The notes below the pieces were generated by a model, which did not search any database, had not been told where the DNA came from, and saw only the letters and a program-made list of their open reading frames with translations. DNA of 59,811 nucleotides, filler included. It is 4 parts of 4 records of this genome, joined end to end, with 100 filler letters (N's around TTAATTAATTAA, not from the genome) between each part and the next. Parts side by side here need not be neighbours in the genome. Positions count along the whole stretch, not along the records: positions 13,447 to 32,420 come from SRR20825006_3004; 3 more parts are not named here. One strand, written 5' to 3'. Positions within the stretch are counted from its first letter, which is position 1; each line of letters starts with the position of its first letter. The position numbers and the translations under genes were made by a program. Shown in pieces: positions 18,720 through 28,019 of the stretch.

Positions 18720-20036
18720 CTGGAAATCCGGATCAAGCATATTGCCTGGCTGGTAATATGCGGCTTGGTGCTGTTTGGCGTGTTGTTGGTTGCCGCCGTG
18801 ACTGCGCTTCATCATGAGATCGGCTCGCTGCAGCAGACCTGGGCGAGCATGAGCGCAAATCCCGAAAGCTCTGCCAGGCTCGGGCAGGAGATTGACGGCC
18901 TGCGGGATGTTATCGGTCTCGCCTTCTGGGGGGTGCCGCCGGTGATGATCTTCGGGGTCGCTGTAACGGTCTGGGTCTATTTCTTCCGGATCACCAATCC
19001 GCTGACCTCTCTGACAAGAACCACATCCGTGTTGGCGGGCGGCGGGACCGATGTCGCGGTCGATCACGTGGACCGGCAGGACGAGATCGGCGAGTTGGCC
19101 CGGGCCATGCTGGTTTTCAAACAGAACATCATCCGCGAGAACGAAGCGCGTGCGGAGAAGGAGCGTCTCCAGAAAGCGGAGATCGAGAAGTATCACCGGG
19201 TCTCGAAGCTCACGGACGAGTTCGAGGCGGTGATCAAGAATTTCATGGACGATCTGGCGGCGTCCGTGGGGGATCTGAAGGAGACCGCACAGACTCTGGA
19301 CCAGGTGGCGGGCACGAACCAGAGCCAGTCCGGGCAGCTGGAGGCCTCTGCCGTGACGGCGGCCCAGAGCGTGGATCTGGTCAGTCAGGCAGCGGATGAG
19401 CTTTCCCGCTCCATCCAGAGGGTTCTGGAGAGTGTCCTGACCTCAAGCCGCATCGCGGCCCAGGCCGTCGAGAAAGCGCGCAGCGCCGACGAGGCGATCG
19501 CGACTCTGGAACACAATTCAAAGAAGATCGGGGAGGTGATCGGCCTGATCCGGGATATTGCCGAGCAGACCAACCTGCTGGCCCTCAACGCAACCATCGA
19601 GGCGGCGCGGGCTGGAGAGGCGGGCAAGGGCTTCGCGGTTGTGGCGAATGAGGTCAAGAACCTTGCAAGCCAGACCTCGAATGCGACCGGTGAGATCGAG
19701 AACCACATCCACGAGAACCAGGAAAACACCAGTAATATTGTCTCCATCATTCGTGAGCTGAGTGACACCATCGACCAGATGGAGCAGAACAGCCGCGAAG
19801 TCTCCGACACGATGAAAGAGCAGGACGAACAGACCCAGCTCGTGGCGACGAACACACGCCAGGCGACGGATAGTGCGCACGAGGTCAATGGAGTGGCGTC
19901 GAGCCTCAGCCGGTCCTCTTCCGATACTTTGCAGGTCGCGGACAAGATGGCGGCGGCCTCGGAGACGCTGGGCGAACGTGCGCGCATGCTGTCCGAGAAG
20001 GTCCAGACTTTCCTGATCAATATCAAAAATAATTGA
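18720..20036 (+). CDS. Methyl-accepting chemotaxis protein (start uncertain, 18720 or 18765)
   Basis: Two TM helices, HAMP ([11 protein letters not shown]), signalling hairpin [34 protein letters not shown]. Confidence 0.92.
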   Translation: MEIRIKHIAWLVICGLVLFGVLLVAAVTALHHEIGSLQQTWASMSANPESSARLGQEIDGLRDVIGLAFWGVPPVMIFGVAVTVWVYFFRITNPLTSLTRTTSVLAGGGTDVAVDHVDRQDEIGELARAMLVFKQNIIRENEARAEKERLQKAEIEKYHRVSKLTDEFEAVIKNFMDDLAASVGDLKETAQTLDQVAGTNQSQSGQLEASAVTAAQSVDLVSQAADELSRSIQRVLESVLTSSRIAAQAVEKARSADEAIATLEHNSKKIGEVIGLIRDIAEQTNLLALNATIEAARAGEAGKGFAVVANEVKNLASQTSNATGEIENHIHENQENTSNIVSIIRELSDTIDQMEQNSREVSDTMKEQDEQTQLVATNTRQATDSAHEVNGVASSLSRSSSDTLQVADKMAAASETLGERARMLSEKVQTFLINIKNN

Positions 20037-20149
20037 AGCCTGACCGCATCACCGGGACCCTGTGCGTGGGTGTATCCGCGTGCAGGGTGCAGGTGCCATG
20101 CGCAACCGCCACTTGCCTGTCGGGCAGTAATTCCTATATTGCGCCCATT

Positions 20150-21325
20150 ATGACAGCACGCACACTCAACTCGCTCGGTATTGCCAAGGCCCCGAAGGAC
20201 ACGCGGGTCGTCGTCGCCATGTCCGGCGGTGTCGACAGCTCCGTGACTGCCGCGCTTATGGCGGAGCAGGGTTACGATGTCGTTGGCATCACGCTGCAGC
20301 TCTACGATCACGGCGCGGCGCTGGCCAAGAAGGGCGCCTGCTGCGCCGGTCTTGATATTCATGATGCGCGCAATGTCGCTGATGCCTTGGGCTTCCCGCA
20401 CTATGTGCTCGATTACGAGAGCCGGTTCCGCCAGGAAGTGATTGACGATTTTGCCGACAGCTATCTGCGTGGCGAGACCCCGATCCCCTGTGTGCGCTGC
20501 AATCAGACCGTCAAGTTCCGTGACCTGCTTGCGACCGCACGGGAGCTGCAGGCCGATGTGCTCTGCACCGGTCATTATGTGCGCCGGGTTGAGGGTGAGA
20601 ACGGGGCGGAGTTGCACCGCGCCATCGATCCGCAGAAGGATCAGAGCTATTTCCTGTTCGCCACAACGCGGGAGCAGCTCGACTTTCTGCGCTTCCCGCT
20701 CGGCGGCATGGAAAAAGAGGAAACCCGTGAGCATGCGCGCAGGTTCGGCCTTGCCATCGCGGACAAGCCGGACAGCCAGGATATCTGCTTCGTGCCTAAC
20801 GGGCGCTATGCCGAACTGGTCGAGAAACTGCGCCCCGGCGCGGCCGAGCCGGGCGAGATCGTGCATCTCGACGGCACCGTTCTCGGGCGCCACAAGGGCA
20901 TCATTCACTACACGATCGGTCAGCGGAAAGGCCTCGGTATTGGTGGCCGCCGCGACGAGGACGGCAATCCGGACACAGACGCGCTCTATGTGGTCCGGCT
21001 CGATCCGGCGGCAAGCAAGGTGGTTGTCGGCCCGCGTGAGGCGCTGGGCCGCGAGACTGTCTATGTAGACCAGTTGAACTGGCTCGGCGATGCCCTGCCG
21101 GGAGAGGCCGGTATACCGATTGAGGTGAAGTTACGCTCAGCCACCCGCCCGGCATCGGCGCGGATCTATACGGACAGCGAAGGCCGGGGCCGCATTCTGC
21201 TCGACACGCCGCAGCACGGCATCGCTCGCGGGCAGGCGGCCGTCTTTTACACGCCCGGCGATTCGACCCGGGTGCTCGGCGGCGGCTGGATCACCGGCAC
21301 AGAAGAGGGTGCCGCCGCGGCCTGA
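20150..21325 (+). CDS. mnmA: tRNA-specific 2-thiouridylase
   Basis: [39 protein letters not shown]. Confidence 0.96.
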   Translation: MTARTLNSLGIAKAPKDTRVVVAMSGGVDSSVTAALMAEQGYDVVGITLQLYDHGAALAKKGACCAGLDIHDARNVADALGFPHYVLDYESRFRQEVIDDFADSYLRGETPIPCVRCNQTVKFRDLLATARELQADVLCTGHYVRRVEGENGAELHRAIDPQKDQSYFLFATTREQLDFLRFPLGGMEKEETREHARRFGLAIADKPDSQDICFVPNGRYAELVEKLRPGAAEPGEIVHLDGTVLGRHKGIIHYTIGQRKGLGIGGRRDEDGNPDTDALYVVRLDPAASKVVVGPREALGRETVYVDQLNWLGDALPGEAGIPIEVKLRSATRPASARIYTDSEGRGRILLDTPQHGIARGQAAVFYTPGDSTRVLGGGWITGTEEGAAAA

Positions 21326-21349
21326 TCCCGGCGGGAAATCGGAAGCCGG

Positions 21350-21931
21350 TCAGGCCAGGAATTTGATCAGCGCGAAACCGCCGACCAACAGCAGGAAGCC
21401 GGCGGTGGTCCAGAGCCCGAGATTTTTCTCGATGGTACTCTGCACGGCCGGCCCGAATTTCCAGCACAGCGCGGCGACGAGATAGAACCGGAGTCCCCGT
21501 GCCAGTACCGAGGCGATGACGAAGACCGCAAGGTCGAGATGGGCCACGCCGCTGGCAATGGTGATGACCTTGTAGGGGAACGGCGTGATTCCGGCGCCGA
21601 ACACGATCCAGGCGCCCCATTCATTGTACTGATCCGTAAAGGCAGCGAACTTCTCCGCATAGCCGTAGAATTCAAGCAACGGCAGGCCGACAGCTTCATA
21701 GAGCAGGGCGCCGATGGCATAGCCCAGCATGCCGCCAAGTACGGAAGCGATGGTGCAGATACCCGCCGCGCGCCAGGCATTGCGCCGGTCGGCCAGCACC
21801 ATCGGGATCAGCATGGTGTCCGGCGGGATCGGGAAGACAGAGCTCTCGATGAAGGAAATCAGCGCCAGCCAATAATTCGCCCGCTTGTGTGCGGCGGCCC
21901 GCATCAATCGCTCGTAGGTCGCTTGCAGCAT
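21350..21931 (-). CDS. YqaA/DedA-family membrane protein
   Basis: SFIESSVFPIPPD, ASVLGG, TPFPYKV, RGLRF. Confidence 0.88.
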   Translation of the reverse strand: MLQATYERLMRAAAHKRANYWLALISFIESSVFPIPPDTMLIPMVLADRRNAWRAAGICTIASVLGGMLGYAIGALLYEAVGLPLLEFYGYAEKFAAFTDQYNEWGAWIVFGAGITPFPYKVITIASGVAHLDLAVFVIASVLARGLRFYLVAALCWKFGPAVQSTIEKNLGLWTTAGFLLLVGGFALIKFLA

Positions 21932-22026
21932 GCTGTCAGATGTCCCGGAAACCAGGCCGGGTTCCTTCCGGCGCGAGCATCGCTTTAGCAGTCGTCACCA
22001 TTGCCGCGCAAGCTGCCGGTTGCGGA

Positions 22027-22054
22027 TTGACCGGCCCTTTCTTTTGGCTATTAT
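22027..22054 (+). promoter_or_regulatory. Putative sigma-70 promoter of the tRNA
   Basis: TTGACC-N16-TATTAT about 20 nt upstream of the tRNA. Confidence 0.5.
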
Positions 22055-22074
22055 GCGGCTCCTCGCAAAGCGGG

Positions 22075-22161
22075 GCCCCTGTGGCGGAATCGGTAGACGC
22101 GGCAGATTCAAAATCTGTTTCCGGCAACGGAGTGGGAGTTCAAGTCTCCCCGGGGGCACCA
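22075..22161 (+). tRNA. tRNA-Leu(CAA)
   Basis: Acceptor stem GCCCCTG/CGGGGGC plus ACCA; anticodon arm GCAGA-TTCAAAA-TCTGT; long variable arm; T-arm GGGAG-TTCAAGT-CTCCC; 87 nt. Confidence 0.97.
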
Positions 22162-22222
22162 TCTCTTTTTCAAGCCGTCGCTTTTTGTCTGATGTGATTG
22201 CCGATCAGCGCAAGTGGTTTGG

Positions 22223-22444
22223 TCAAGCCGGGTGATGTGTTCCGCTTGTACGCCGAGCACCGTCCATGACCCGGTAGACGCGTGTGAACAAAGCTCCCAG
22301 TTCATCGCGCGCCTCATCGAAGCCGGACCATTCCTCAAGTGCGGCCCAGACCATTTCCGGTGTGACCTCTATATCGGCGACGGCCGCCCGGCCGTGTCCT
22401 GACGGACACTCCGGAGCGGCGGCTTCAGTCTTGAATTTTTGCAT
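22223..22444 (-). CDS. Small hypothetical protein, possibly phage-derived
   Basis: 73-aa ORF with IEVTPEM...VYRVM pattern; lies next to the tRNA 3' end. Confidence 0.5.
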   Translation of the reverse strand: MQKFKTEAAAPECPSGHGRAAVADIEVTPEMVWAALEEWSGFDEARDELGALFTRVYRVMDGARRTSGTHHPA

Positions 22445-22462
22445 CTCACACGTCCATCCGGA

Positions 22463-23287
22463 CTAGAAGCGATAACCGACGAAAATCCCGGTCATGAACG
22501 CGTCGGCGGAGCCCTGTTCGTCCACGATAGGGCTGTCGGCGGCGTCGCCAATGAGGCGGCTGTATCCGACCATGCCTGTGACGTTCCAGTTCTCGGTCAC
22601 TGCGTAACTGACGCCGAGGGAAAGACTGACATCCTTGAAGCCGGATTCGGCATTGTATTCCCGGTAGCCGCTGTGGAGCGACTGGCCTGCATCGATGCCG
22701 AAGAATGACTGGGTGTAGTCGTCGTCGGCCCAGGTCGTCGCTATTCCGGCGTTCATGGACCAGCTGTCATTGAAACGGTGCCTGTATCCGCCCTCAAGCT
22801 CGACAGTCATGCCTTCATGTCCGTCGCCGACATCCTGGAACGCCTTTACACCGGCCGAGAATGGGCCGTTGTCATAGCTTATGAAACCGCCGACCTCGGC
22901 GGAACCGTCAACGCTGCCAAGTCCTTTCAGCGCATCATTGTCATCCTCGTCCCGTCCCATCTGATAGCGCACCAGCGGGCCGATCTTGAGCTGGTCGCCC
23001 GGACGGGTGCCGTTCCAGATGAAAAGGTTGGCGCCAAGCGACGGTCCGTCCAGAAAGACGCGGTCCTTGTAGCTGATCTTGACCATGGGCAGAGGGCTGA
23101 CCTCGTAATCGTCGCTGCCTTCATAGTCGGGCTTGACCATGGCACCGGCGCCAAGCTGGATTTCCCAGTCGGATACGGCTTCCTCCGCCAGAACACTGCA
23201 GGCGCTGCCCAGCACCATCAACCCGCTGACCATCAGGATCTGGGCTGTCATCCGGGCGCCGACCGCTTTAGTAATTTGGCATTTCAT
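22463..23287 (-). CDS. MipA/OmpV-family outer-membrane beta-barrel
   Basis: Signal peptide, PDYEGSDDY, YTQSFFGI, DAADSPIV, C-terminal GYRF. Confidence 0.9.
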   Translation of the reverse strand: MKCQITKAVGARMTAQILMVSGLMVLGSACSVLAEEAVSDWEIQLGAGAMVKPDYEGSDDYEVSPLPMVKISYKDRVFLDGPSLGANLFIWNGTRPGDQLKIGPLVRYQMGRDEDDNDALKGLGSVDGSAEVGGFISYDNGPFSAGVKAFQDVGDGHEGMTVELEGGYRHRFNDSWSMNAGIATTWADDDYTQSFFGIDAGQSLHSGYREYNAESGFKDVSLSLGVSYAVTENWNVTGMVGYSRLIGDAADSPIVDEQGSADAFMTGIFVGYRF

Positions 23288-23360
23288 GTCGAAAATCCAT
23301 TGGCTGTGTGTATCGCGGAGACAAACTACGCAAGGCACCGCCGGAATGCGTGTCGGTACC

Positions 23361-23386
23361 GTATCAATATGTTTCAGAATGTTGCA
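23361..23386. promoter_or_regulatory. Three 10-bp-phased direct repeats, candidate OmpR-family binding site
   Basis: GTATCA (23361), GTTTCA (23371), GTTGCA (23381) between the divergent mipA-like and regulator genes. Confidence 0.5.
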
Positions 23387-23442
23387 GCGCGCTCCCGGCG
23401 GGAGATGAATGCGTTAGTGTCTCAGGCAGACGGAGAGACCGA

Positions 23443-24204
23443 TTGACTCAGAATAGCAGCCCACAGGGCGGCGGGACACATGTCCTTGTCGTCGATGACG
23501 ATCAGCGCATCCGCACGATGCTGGCCCGTTTTCTGGTTGATCATGGGCTTCGCGTCAGCCAGGCGCGTAACGGAGTGGAAATGTTTCAGGTATGCGCCGA
23601 TGCGCGGATCGACGTGATCGTGCTCGACATCATGATGCCGGGGGAGGACGGATTGTCTCTCTGCCGCCGGATGCGGTCGGAAAGCGCGGTGCCGATTATC
23701 CTGCTGACCGCGATGAACGCTGATACAGACCGCATCATCGGACTGGAAATCGGTGCCGACGATTACGTGGTGAAGCCGTTCAATCCGCGTGAGCTGCTGG
23801 CTCGGATCCGCGCCGTCACCCGGCGGATGCTGGCGGGCAGTATCGCCCCGCAACATCGCGGGAGCACGGCTTACAATTTCGAGGGCTGGGTGCTGGATGC
23901 CAATCGCCGGACACTGGTTTCCCCCGATGGCGCGCTAACGGACCTTACGAGTGGCGAGTTTGATTTGCTGCTGGTTTTTCTCGAGCATCCGCAACGTGTG
24001 CTGAACCGGGACCAGCTTCTCGATCTGGCGCATGGCCGGTCAAGCCAGGCTTATGACCGCAGCATCGATGTTCAGATCAGCCGGCTGCGCCGCAAGATCG
24101 AGGCTAATCCACAGACCCCCGTTCTGATCAAGACGGTCCGGAACGAAGGGTATTTTTTCACCGCTACAGTCGCCGGTTTGCCCATGGCAGGAGGTGAGCA
24201 ATAG
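23443..24204 (+). CDS. OmpR-family response regulator
   Basis: VVDDD, LDIMMPGEDG, GADDYVVKPF, DRSIDVQISRLRRKIE; TTG start with GGAGAG RBS. Confidence 0.93.
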   Translation: MTQNSSPQGGGTHVLVVDDDQRIRTMLARFLVDHGLRVSQARNGVEMFQVCADARIDVIVLDIMMPGEDGLSLCRRMRSESAVPIILLTAMNADTDRIIGLEIGADDYVVKPFNPRELLARIRAVTRRMLAGSIAPQHRGSTAYNFEGWVLDANRRTLVSPDGALTDLTSGEFDLLLVFLEHPQRVLNRDQLLDLAHGRSSQAYDRSIDVQISRLRRKIEANPQTPVLIKTVRNEGYFFTATVAGLPMAGGEQ

Positions 24205-24227
24205 CCCGCTACGGAAAGAAACGGCCG

Positions 24228-25649
24228 ATGCGCATACCTTTCTGGTCCCGCCTGCGCCTTGCCCCGCGGATTGGCATTGTCATCGTCCTGACGCTGGTCG
24301 TGACAACGGCAACGGACAAGGTCATGGGCATAGTGATCGGCATGCCCGACGTCCTGTTTTTCGAGAAGACCTGGCTGGTCGATAAAGTGGCCGAAACGGT
24401 GCAGCGCGCCGAGCAAACCAATCGGGACGAATGGGCTGTGGTACTGAAGACCCTGCCGGCGGCCCAATGGCTTGATTTCGTGGAGACTGCCGAGCCGCCG
24501 ATAACCAATCACTGGGAGCAGGATGCATTCAGGATCTTCCGGGAAGACCTTGCCCGGCGTCTTGGTATCCCCGTTGATGATGTGCTTGTGCGGACAGTTG
24601 ATACGGAGGGGCCCGAGCGTGCCCTGACACCGATCGTGATCATACTCGAGAGCATCCCGATGTTGATCACCAATCTGATAGATGACGATACCGACAAGAT
24701 GGTGGTCGAGCACATGCGGATCGCTGTCCGGCTTTCGTCTGGTGGCTGGCTCACGATCTCGCCCAAGAGCGATGGGCTGGAAGCTGCCCGTTTCATCCGT
24801 AACTTGCTGGTGCCGATCGCGGCCATTCTGCTGATTTGCGGTCTGTCAGTTTGGGTGGCGCGCAGCATTGCGCGGCCGTTAACTGACCTATCCGCCGCCG
24901 CGGAACGCCTTGGGCGGGATCGCGAGCCGACGTTGCTCGGCAATTATGGCAGCCCGGAGCTGGAGGCGATCGCGGATTCTTTCAATGAGATGCAGCACGA
25001 ATTGAAGCGCTTCGTCGATGATCGCCTGCAGCTGGTTGCCGCCATTTCACATGACCTGCGGACGCCACTGACGCGGCTCCGGCTCTTTGCGGAATACCTG
25101 CCGGATCAGGAACAGAGACGCATGGTGCTGGCCGATATCGGTGATATGGAGGCAATTGTCAGTTCGACCCTGACCTTTGCCAGTCATCAGCTCAACAAGG
25201 AGACGCCCGGGACAGTCGACATCGCTGCGCTTCTGATCAGCATCTGCGACACGGCATCGGATGCTGGCTGTGCGGTTGCTTATGATGGCCCGGACCATGC
25301 CCGCATTACCTGTCAGCCGGTGTCGGTCCGTCGTGCTTTCACGAATCTGATCGATAACGGCTGCAAATACGCGAACTCCGTAAAAGTGACGCTCGGCGTT
25401 ACAGCGGAGCTGGTACGGGTCAGGGTGTCGGATGATGGCCCGGGTATTCCCGCTGACCAGGTTGAGGCGGCTCTGCGTCCTTTTGTTCGCCTGGAAACAT
25501 CGCGCAACCGCGACACCGGGGGGAGTGGTCTTGGCCTTGCCATCACCGATGAGGTGATCCGGTCTCACCATGGAGAGCTTGTATTCGCGCCAGCGGTGCC
25601 GCATGGCCTGGAGGTTACCGTGACGTTACCGAGGTCGGCAGGCCGCTGA
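24228..25649 (+). CDS. Sensor histidine kinase (EnvZ-like, HAMP)
   Basis: Two TM helices, SHDLRTPL, NLIDNG, DDGPGI, GGSGLGL. Confidence 0.93.
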   Translation: MRIPFWSRLRLAPRIGIVIVLTLVVTTATDKVMGIVIGMPDVLFFEKTWLVDKVAETVQRAEQTNRDEWAVVLKTLPAAQWLDFVETAEPPITNHWEQDAFRIFREDLARRLGIPVDDVLVRTVDTEGPERALTPIVIILESIPMLITNLIDDDTDKMVVEHMRIAVRLSSGGWLTISPKSDGLEAARFIRNLLVPIAAILLICGLSVWVARSIARPLTDLSAAAERLGRDREPTLLGNYGSPELEAIADSFNEMQHELKRFVDDRLQLVAAISHDLRTPLTRLRLFAEYLPDQEQRRMVLADIGDMEAIVSSTLTFASHQLNKETPGTVDIAALLISICDTASDAGCAVAYDGPDHARITCQPVSVRRAFTNLIDNGCKYANSVKVTLGVTAELVRVRVSDDGPGIPADQVEAALRPFVRLETSRNRDTGGSGLGLAITDEVIRSHHGELVFAPAVPHGLEVTVTLPRSAGR

Positions 25650-25839
25650 CCGGTTGTTTATGAGTATGACGATCTGCTGAAAGACACCGTCCCTGCTGGT
25701 CTTTGGTAAGGCGTGGCTGTTGATGACCGGAGCGTCAAATCCCTGCGTGACCCCGGCTTTGGCGCAAGATCTGTAATTTGCACTGCTTTTTATTGGAAAA
25801 CCTGGGCTTTGCGGGAGTGCTCCATAGTTTGAAAATCTT

Positions 25840-25860
25840 GCAAAAATCAGTGATTTTTGC
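25840..25860. promoter_or_regulatory. Perfect 21-bp palindrome, candidate operator
   Basis: GCAAAAATCA-G-TGATTTTTGC ending 38 nt upstream of the ATG at 25899. Confidence 0.55.
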
Positions 25861-25898
25861 GCTAATTAGCCAATCTGAAAGCGTTGGGATTCCGCCAT

Positions 25899-27125
25899 AT
25901 GGCGAATAATATCAGTGTCGCGCAAACCTTCGAGCGGCGCGGGACCTGCGTCCCGTTCAACACGAGGGAGGCTCTGCGCCACACGCGGGCACGCGTTTAT
26001 CAGCACGGTGGGGACAGGATACTGGAAGCGGTGCTGCCGAGTTTCGGAGGCGGGCGCCGTGGCGAGCTGATGGTGGTGCCCTGGAAAGACCTGCCTGATT
26101 TTGTGCAGCTTTCAGACCGCGACAGGGAATTGCATGACGGCATTCCGGCGATCGTCGGCAAACACGGCATTGATCCGTTGCAGGTGCGGGAGCTTCTGCA
26201 CAAGGTGAATGCCGCCTATTCGGACGATCCGGATGTGAGGGCCAAGGCCCGTGCACAGGCTCAGCAGGATAATGAGGACAAGGAAGTTGTCCGGATGTCC
26301 TGTATCGCCCAACTGATGAAGGAATGCGGGATCGAGCGGGGCGATCCGGTGATGGCGGGCGCAAATACGAAAACGCTGGTCGATCTGATGACCGCCGAAG
26401 AGTCGCGGGCGCATTTCGATCTTGAGATGCTGATTGACCGGGTTTTCCTGTTCGCCTCCCAGCGCAGCGGGGTGAGCATCGATAATGTGCGGGAGTGGCT
26501 GGAGCCTCTGGTCGGCCTGATCACGCCATTCGGAACCGTGAAGGGAACCCAGGCGGACCGCACGAACGGCCATCTGTTCCTGGAACATGTCAATCTGATG
26601 GAGTTCCGGAAATCCGTCGCCGCCTATATGGAACAAAAGCCGGAAGAATACGGTGCGGCGGCGGAAGTGCTGCTTGAAGTGGTGGATCAGACGATCCGGT
26701 ATGTGGATGAGCGGATCGTCACGCTGGATTCCCTGCTTGGAAGTTTTGCCGATGTCTTTTCAAAGCAGGATTCGAACGTCTCCTACCTGATCAAGCTGCG
26801 CCGTGACGTTGCCTTCGCGCTTGATGGCTGGAACGATCTGATCGAGTACTGGACGGAGGCCGACGCACTGGATTGCAAAAAACCGGATTGCGTTGAAAAC
26901 CGTGACAGGGCCGTTGCCTATATCATGAATTTCCTGCCGATCATCCCGCACCGGGAGCTCTATCCGGATGATGGTTTTGACAGTCAGGCCAGTATTGAGC
27001 GTGCCCGTGTGAAGATCGTCGCGGCGATGCATTCCTGGTCAACCGAGGCTCTGGATATCGAGCTGGCGCGCCGGGTCGAGAAAGGCCAGAAGAAAGAGCA
27101 AGAGGCGGGACGGCTTATTTCCTGA
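25899..27125 (+). CDS. Hypothetical soluble protein (408 aa)
   Basis: Long ORF with coding-like codon usage; no motif recognised. Confidence 0.8.
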   Translation: MANNISVAQTFERRGTCVPFNTREALRHTRARVYQHGGDRILEAVLPSFGGGRRGELMVVPWKDLPDFVQLSDRDRELHDGIPAIVGKHGIDPLQVRELLHKVNAAYSDDPDVRAKARAQAQQDNEDKEVVRMSCIAQLMKECGIERGDPVMAGANTKTLVDLMTAEESRAHFDLEMLIDRVFLFASQRSGVSIDNVREWLEPLVGLITPFGTVKGTQADRTNGHLFLEHVNLMEFRKSVAAYMEQKPEEYGAAAEVLLEVVDQTIRYVDERIVTLDSLLGSFADVFSKQDSNVSYLIKLRRDVAFALDGWNDLIEYWTEADALDCKKPDCVENRDRAVAYIMNFLPIIPHRELYPDDGFDSQASIERARVKIVAAMHSWSTEALDIELARRVEKGQKKEQEAGRLIS

Positions 27126-27140
27126 GCCTCATGAAAGCTT

Positions 27141-28019
27141 TTAGCGCTTTCTCGATTGGGGAAGCACAACCAGAGCAACCCCAATTGCCGTCACCATGAT
27201 GCCGCTTCCGGCGACAAGCGTGATTTCCTCCCCGAATGCGATATAGGCCATGACGGCCGCTGTCGGGGGCACGAGATAAAACAGGCTTGCCACCTTCGTG
27301 GCCTGACCGTGCTTGATCAATGTCATCAGCAGCGAATAGGCCCCGAGCGAGACGACGAGAGAAAGCCAGAGATAGGCGCCGATGAAGGCAGGCTCGAGGA
27401 CCAGGACCATGCTTTCAAACAGCGCGGCCCCGGTGAGAGTGACGAGAAAAGCGGTCGCGCACTGGATGGCACTGCCCGTGATCAGGTTCATGTCGGTCGC
27501 ATAGCGTTTTTGATAGAGCGTCCCGATGCTGATCGAGGCGAGGGCCAGAACCGAAAGGCCGATACCGGTCATGCTGACGCCATCGACACTCATCCGGTCG
27601 GACAGAACCAGAACCATACCGGCGAAACCGACAAAACAGCCCAGCCATTGCCGGCCTGTCGGCGGCTCGCCGAGAAAGAGGCCGGACGCAATGGCGGTCA
27701 GAACAGGCTGAAGTCCGGTGACGAGGGCGACCAGTGCGGAAGGCATGCCGCTGTGAATGGCGATGAAGATGCTCGAGAGATAAATTGCGTGCAGAAAGAA
27801 GCCGACAACGGCGATGTCGAAGGCGCCGCGTATGGTTTGTGGCCACCGGGCGCCGGTGATCAGGGCGATAATGACAAAAATTGCAGTCACAAGGCCGAAC
27901 CGGCTTGCCATGAACGTAAGCGGCTCGACATGCGTCAGGCCGAATTTCGCGGCGATGAACGCCGAACTCCAGAGTGCGACGAAAATAGCCGGCGCGGCGA
28001 CCTGCACGAATTTGTTCAT
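27141..28019 (-). CDS. DMT/EamA-family transporter
   Basis: About ten TM helices, WSSAFIAAK, LQPVLTA, SLFYLVPP, FGE. Confidence 0.9.
   Translation of the reverse strand: MNKFVQVAAPAIFVALWSSAFIAAKFGLTHVEPLTFMASRFGLVTAIFVIIALITGARWPQTIRGAFDIAVVGFFLHAIYLSSIFIAIHSGMPSALVALVTGLQPVLTAIASGLFLGEPPTGRQWLGCFVGFAGMVLVLSDRMSVDGVSMTGIGLSVLALASISIGTLYQKRYATDMNLITGSAIQCATAFLVTLTGAALFESMVLVLEPAFIGAYLWLSLVVSLGAYSLLMTLIKHGQATKVASLFYLVPPTAAVMAYIAFGEEITLVAGSGIMVTAIGVALVVLPQSRKR

Noticed and set aside
25650-25780. Possible gene remnant or attR after the sensor kinase
   Set aside because: Short stop-interrupted frame with no identifiable family, and no copy of the tRNA 3' end
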